NCBI RefSeq assembly: GCF_001194135.2
Contig: NC_068998.1
Location: 11,536,034-11,600,033, forward strand
DNA: 64,000 nucleotides
Direction: 5' to 3'
Origin: Octopus bimaculoides
Lineage: Eukaryota
Shown here: positions 59,401 to 64,000 of the stretch, piece by piece
Position numbering within the stretch: the first letter of the stretch is position 1
Layout: each line of letters begins with the position of its first letter
Translations under genes and position numbers: made by a program
Notes under the pieces: model-generated
What the model saw: only the letters and a program-made list of their open reading frames with translations
Database searches by the model: none
Told to the model about the DNA's origin: nothing

Positions 59401-62400
59401 AGCTGAGGCCACATATAATGCATCTGTGTTGGCGTAATGTAAAAAAGTACCCAATACACTCTGCAAAGTGGTTGGCATTAGGAAGGGTATCCAGCTGTAG
59501 AAACCATGTCAAAACAGACAATCAGAGCCTGGGTTGCCCTTCAGCTGGCCAGCTCCTGTCTAACTGTCCAACCCATGCCAGCATGGAAAAAAGATGTTAA
59601 ATGATAATGATGATAGAAGCAGAGAACAACTGTGTACACCATATCTCAGTCTTGTGTCAGGATTTCATCACCCTTTTTAACTATCCCTGAATATGCTGCT
59701 TATAAACCTATGTTTCAGGCTTAAGTGAACTCAGTAGATCAATTTGAATATGTAACACATTCTTGACAGCTTGTTTGACTATTAAATTACTAGTGCGTTA
59801 ACAGTGTTCTGTTTCTTTACTATGCAATAATACTAAGTGAAAAGTCCTGTTGTTTAGGTCTCTACCTACTACATTACTTAGGTTTTCGTGTACCGCAGTT
59901 AGTAGATTCAGCCTTGACCGTGTATAAGTTTCTATTGCATAATACAGTTTGTATGTTCTTCTGTAGGTATATACACATGTATATATGGATATACCTACAT
60001 ATACAGGGTGTCCCAGAAAGATGTACTCACTCTTTGACAGACGATTACTAACTAATGTATTGTTTTTTGTGATGTACGGGCTTACCTCGATGCAACAAAT
60101 CCAAACAAATGGATTGGGAGGAGAGGTAGCTTTGAATTTCCTGCACGTTCCCCAGACCTCACGCCAATGGATGTTTTTTTTTTTTTATGGGGACATCCCA
60201 AAGATAAGGTCTACGCTGCAAAACCAGTGACAGTTGATGATTTGAAAAACGAAATTCGAATACAAAGTCATGCAATTCCAAATGAAATTTTTGGCAATGT
60301 TGTCGAATCCATTGTTGGACGTGATCAGCTTTGTTTGGAAAATGAACGAAGGCAGTTTGAACATTTGCGAACACACAGGAATGAGAGAGAACATCAAATA
60401 ATTCTGGAGGCTGAGATGCATGGGTGACTGCTGGTCTTTCATAAAGAACCTTGCCCGAACTTGTGCCTAGGAGGATAATTTTGTAGGTGCAATCCCATGG
60501 TCATTTATGACCGAAGGAGTTCTTTACCATTTTTACCTTTTTACATTTGACAGAGAAATCTGACTGCTAAAGGGTTAAATTTTTATATAGTCTTCATATT
60601 CTTTTTGCTTTTCTTTCTCAGATGTACTCAATGGATAAACCAGTTAAAGCTCATACATGTCTGCCTTTCCTTATTATTGTACCTGGCAATGTTTTATATA
60701 ACTGGGTTGCTGAACTGGACACTTGGGGCTATTTTGCTGTTGGGTGAGGAAAATTCATTTACTGTTCTCCATCGTTAACTTGATTATTTCTCTACAGAGG
60801 CTCTAGTGCTATAACATCATCATCGTCATCATCGTCGTTTAACGTCCGCTTTCCATGCTAGCATGGGTTGGACGATTTGACTGAGGACTGGTGAAACCAG
60901 ATGGCTACACCAGGCTCCAATCTGATTTGGCAGAGTTTCTACAGCTGGATGCCCTTCCTAACGCCAACCACTCCGAGAGTGTAGTGGGTGCTTTTACGTG
61001 CCACTGGCATGAAGGCCAGTCAGGCGGTACTGGCAACGGCCACGCTCAAAATGGTGTATTTTACGTGCCACCTGCACAGGAGCCAGTTTTCCACTAAAAA
61101 CTTTAATGTGTAAACTATTAATTCCTTTGAACTTTGTATAGGCCAGTTTGTTATGGTTATGTTAGGGAATATAAAAAAATCTAATTGAAAATAATTATGT
61201 TGTGAGAAATATACAATATTAGCTTTATGACTATATCTAATATTATTTGAATCCTTTGGTGGCATTATGTCTGGTTTTACATCCTAGGTTCAAATTAAAT
61301 TAAAATTCTTTTCCGTTCACAATTTTTTTCTAGTAAATTCCATAGAAAATATAAAGAAGACTGTTTGACTGGAATGAAATATGATAGATTTGAAGTTGTT
61401 TTAACAACCTTTGAAACGTTTCGGGATAACAAGGTTAGATTCGTTTTTTCTCTTTCACATCTTTTCTTTTTGAGGATAAAAAAAATAATGATGATATTTT
61501 CATTCTCTATCTAAGGTGATGAGCTGGCAGAATTGTTAGCATGTCGGCAAAAGGGTCAGCAGCATTTTGGCCATCTTTAGGTTCTGATTTCAAATTCTGC
61601 CAGTTTTATTGCAACAAAACTGTTTTTTTTTTTCTTTATAATCATCTTTTATCTAACTGCAATTACATTGTGTTCAATAATCTGTTTAGTATCAATAATT
61701 TTGGATATTTTTTTCGTTTTTCTAAGGATTATCTTATTGACTACAACTGGGCTGCTGTGATTGTTGATGAAGTTCATAAAATTAAGGTAAGTTTGAGGAT
61801 TTTTCTTTCTCGTTAACAGTTATTAACTAAACCAAAGTATATGTGTATGTGTGTGAATGTGTATGTATGTGTATATGTATGTGTGTGTTTTGTATGTATG
61901 TGTGTGTGAGCATGTGCATATGCTTGTGNNNNNNNNNNNNNNNNNNNNNNNNNNNNNNNNNNNNNNNNNNNNNNNNNNNNNNNNNNNNNNNNNTGTGGGG
62001 GGTTATTAGGAAGTGGAGACAGCATGGCTAAATGGTTAAGAAGTTTACTTCGTAATCATGAGGTCTGGAGTTCAGTCCCCCGATGTGACATCTTGGGCAA
62101 GTTTCTTTTACCAAAGCCACAGGACAATTGGATTGGCAGGAAACTATCTTATGGACTGAATGGTTGTGTGTGTTTGAGTGTGCTTGTGTTTGTGTGTGTG
62201 TGTATGTAAGTATATGTTTGTGTGTAGCCTTGCCTTGATGTCATGTGATGGTTATTGATGAGCATCACTGTCATGCAAGCAATGTTGTTTGTTTCCAGTC
62301 TTCAATGTAAAACATGTCTGGCCATGAGGTAAATACTGCCTTGCTTGGAAACAGCAGAGGTTTGGTGACAGGAAGGGCACCCAGCTGTAGTAAATGTGTT

Positions 62401-63005
62401 TCAGTGAATTCTGCCCGACCCATGCAAGCATGGAAAAGTGAACCTTAAACAATGATGATGATGATGGCGATGGTTTCCCTTTCAAAGTTGGGAGAGGCTC
62501 TCTAAAGGTGACTGTCTATGTTGGCCAATTTTTCACCTGCCTGTCAATCAGTCCACCAATGTCATCAGTAAATCTTGGATTTGTTACGTTTCTCCCTTCT
62601 GTACTGACATAATCTGCAAGATATTAAGGCAGAGGAAATCGTCTTGATGGACTTCTATGGTGATATGGAACCGCCCTCCAAGGACATTTTGTATAAGCAC
62701 TGCACTGGTTGCCGTCGCATGAAGCTCCGGGACATTATGAGTCAGATTATGCTCTACATTGAGGTTTTCAGGGTGGCCCATGAAGCATCATGGGACTTCA
62801 GCATCATAGGCATTTCGTATTTGAACCACATCACATAGGAAGGGCGGTTCTGAAAGGGGTCTCAGGAAGTAGCATCCCTGCTTTCCTGAGCTAATTTTCT
62901 ACCATATTTCTTAAAAATTGTGGTAGAGGCCTTTGGTCTTGGGACCACTCATGTCTAGAAACTGAGGTTGGGGGTAAGCATGGGCATGCTCCCTGTTTAT
63001 TATCA

Positions 63006-63042
<37 letters not shown>

Positions 63043-63394
63043 GCGAAAAATAACTTAGGAATGAGAACCTAGGTTCGAAATTTCCTCAAGACACCTGATG
63101 AAGGCGAAACATGTTAACAACCAACATTTTGAGGACATATATCCATCAAATGTAAGTAATGTAAATAATTTAAATCATGTACATAATTATTCATCTCTTA
63201 AGTATAGAACGGTAGTGATAATGTCGACGATGGTGACGATGATGAACTGTAAAATTTTTGCCTTTTATTTTTTAACAGAAACTCAAAGCCCAAATAACTC
63301 AGGCCTTGCGAAGCTTCCGTTCTCTGTGTCGATATGGCTTGACTGGCACTGCACTGCAAAATGACATGATGGAGCTTTGGTCCATAATAGACTG
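56373..63394 (+). CDS. ERCC6L2: DNA excision repair protein ERCC-6-like 2 (SNF2-family ATPase), 5' part, continues past window end
   Basis: Exons 56373-56465, 57543-57671, 58625-58708, 60622-60743, 61334-61433, 61727-61786, 63279-63394; GT-AG, phases consistent. Protein includes [16 protein letters not shown], motif [52 protein letters not shown], motif [15 protein letters not shown] and motif [24 protein letters not shown]. The ELDTWGYF and GKTGT..D segments match ERCC6L2 rather than ERCC6/CSB. Confidence 0.92.
56767..56896 (+). mobile_element. Second, 3'-truncated copy of the same mariner MITE
   Basis: Shares GGGGTGCTGAAAAGTTCCTGGCTTTAAGG and [14 protein letters not shown] with 9699-9921. 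Confidence 0.8.
57543..57671 (+). CDS. ERCC6L2: ERCC6L2 exon with Walker A / motif I
   Basis: ctccag|ATC ... CAG|gtctgg; [13 protein letters not shown]. Confidence 0.95.
57941..58169. mobile_element. TTAA-flanked MITE, family B
   Basis: TTAACCCTTTCGATAC ... GTAACAAAAGGGTTAA; interior differs from family A. Confidence 0.8.
58625..58708 (+). CDS. ERCC6L2: ERCC6L2 exon
   Basis: cttag|GTC ... AAA|gtaagt; [17 protein letters not shown]. Confidence 0.93.
60002..60372 (+). mobile_element. Internally deleted Tc1/mariner-superfamily element (TIR plus transposase C-terminus)
   Basis: TA|CAGGGTGTCCCA terminus, followed by [41 protein letters not shown]...QFEHL. Confidence 0.85.
60622..60743 (+). CDS. 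ERCC6L2: ERCC6L2 exon with motif Ia
   Basis: tctcag|ATG ... GG|gtgagg; [22 protein letters not shown]. Confidence 0.93.
60820..61090 (-). mobile_element. 5'-truncated RTE LINE 3' end with (GAT)n tail, young subfamily
   Basis: Near-identical to 12252-12419(+), 20342-20505(-) and 21330-21634(+). Older copies at about 610-721, 23440-23600, 32480-32790, 43085-43260, 44545-44830, 46195-46325, 47560-47740, 55960-56060, 56920-57122 and 59440-59610. Confidence 0.85.
61334..61433 (+). CDS. ERCC6L2: ERCC6L2 exon
   Basis: ttctag|T ... AAG|gttaga; KFHRKYKE...[13 protein letters not shown]. Confidence 0.92.
61727..61786 (+). CDS. ERCC6L2: ERCC6L2 exon with DExH box
   Basis: tctaag|GAT ... AAG|gtaagt; [13 protein letters not shown]. 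Confidence 0.94.
62020..62470 (+). mobile_element. tRNA-derived CORE-like SINE, tail type 2 (RTE-LINE-like 3' end with (GAT)n)
   Basis: Head GCATGGCTAAATGGTTAAG..GAGTTCAGTCCC, then CTTGGGCAAG, (TG)n, body, and AGGAAGGGCA.CCAGCTGTAG..CCCATGCAAGCATGGAAAA..(GAT)n. Similar copy at 47770-48140. Confidence 0.75.
62590..62830 (+). mobile_element. Decayed RTE LINE fragment
   Basis: [24 protein letters not shown] resembles the RTE MEDGRIPKDILYGEL...LAxDRxxW block. Confidence 0.45.
63040..63210 (+). repeat. Dispersed repeat remnant carrying a hammerhead-ribozyme-like core (probable Penelope-type terminal repeat)
   Basis: AGACAC-CTGATGA-AGGC-GAAAC at 63089-63110, preceded by (TTA)n. Confidence 0.45.
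63279..63394 (+). CDS. ERCC6L2: ERCC6L2 exon with motif III
   Basis: taacag|AAA ... TG|gtattt; [21 protein letters not shown]. Confidence 0.93.
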
Positions 63395-63844
63395 GTATTT
63401 CAATATATTTCTTTCGTATAAAAACCTTTTGAGTAAACATCAACAACACTACATAGGAAGAGTTTCTGTTTTTTCTGTTTGCTGGAATCATTTGTCTTTT
63501 ATCTGGTCCTGAGCAAAATTATGATATGTCTTTTTGATTGTTTTGCATTCATATATAAGTATGGGGTTTGAGATGTTTCGGTTCTGCTGTTTTGTCGCCG
63601 TTCATTTGTCGTCGCTGATTTGATGACATCAGACATTTTAATGTTTCTCTTGTTCTTTCCTCTCTCCCAACACTCTGCCACTCCTTACACTCCACTCCAA
63701 GTCCTCTCTGCCACTCTCCCTCCCTCTCTCCCTCCGCCTCTCTCTCTCCTCTGCCTTTTCGTCCCCTCTCCTCTCCCCTTCCCTCCCCCTCTCTGCAAGG
63801 AGAGGGAAAGTGTTTATGTCTATTATGTTCATTAATTGTAATGT

Positions 63845-63880
<36 letters not shown>

Positions 63881-63945
63881 CTCTCTCTCTCTGTATCTCT
63901 CTCTCTGTATCTCTCTCTCTCTGTCATTCTGTCTCTTTGTCTCTT

Positions 63946-63992
<47 letters not shown>

Positions 63993-64000
63993 ATATATAT

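Noticed and set aside
61760-61780. DEVH rather than DEAH in ERCC6L2 motif II as a functional novelty
   Set aside because: DExH tolerates Val at x; within normal SNF2 variation.

Overview
AT-rich, microsatellite- and SINE-dense metazoan genomic DNA from a gapped draft assembly, with many N runs flanked by (TA)n. The repeat families are ones I associate with Octopus, so the species call is an inference. Three protein-coding genes are supported. (1) A complete AP-1 complex subunit mu-1 gene (AP1M1, + strand, 10 coding exons, 10926-23818, 422 aa). (2) A TOPORS-type RING E3 ubiquitin/SUMO ligase on the - strand, with its whole CDS in one 4.7-kb exon (37080-41780, 1566 aa). (3) The first seven coding exons of an ERCC6L2-type SNF2 ATPase (+ strand, 56373 to beyond the window end). 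AP1M1 and TOPORS are tail-to-tail; TOPORS and ERCC6L2 are head-to-head across a CpG-rich region at about 51.1-53.6 kb, where splice-site and CCAAT evidence suggests their 5' ends overlap. The rest is introns, UTRs and decayed mobile DNA: tRNA-derived CORE-like SINEs, 5'-truncated RTE LINE ends, Penelope-like, R4/Dong-like, CR1-like, pogo, mariner/Tc1, hAT and TTAA-flanked MITEs, and two long foldback elements. There is no prokaryotic system, CRISPR array, rRNA or true tRNA. I found no clear-cut new biological system. The best leads are the interleaved TOPORS/ERCC6L2 5' ends, competing inverted LINE-end pairs around AP1M1 exons, a hammerhead-ribozyme-core remnant, and a modular SINE/LINE partnership visible within the window.
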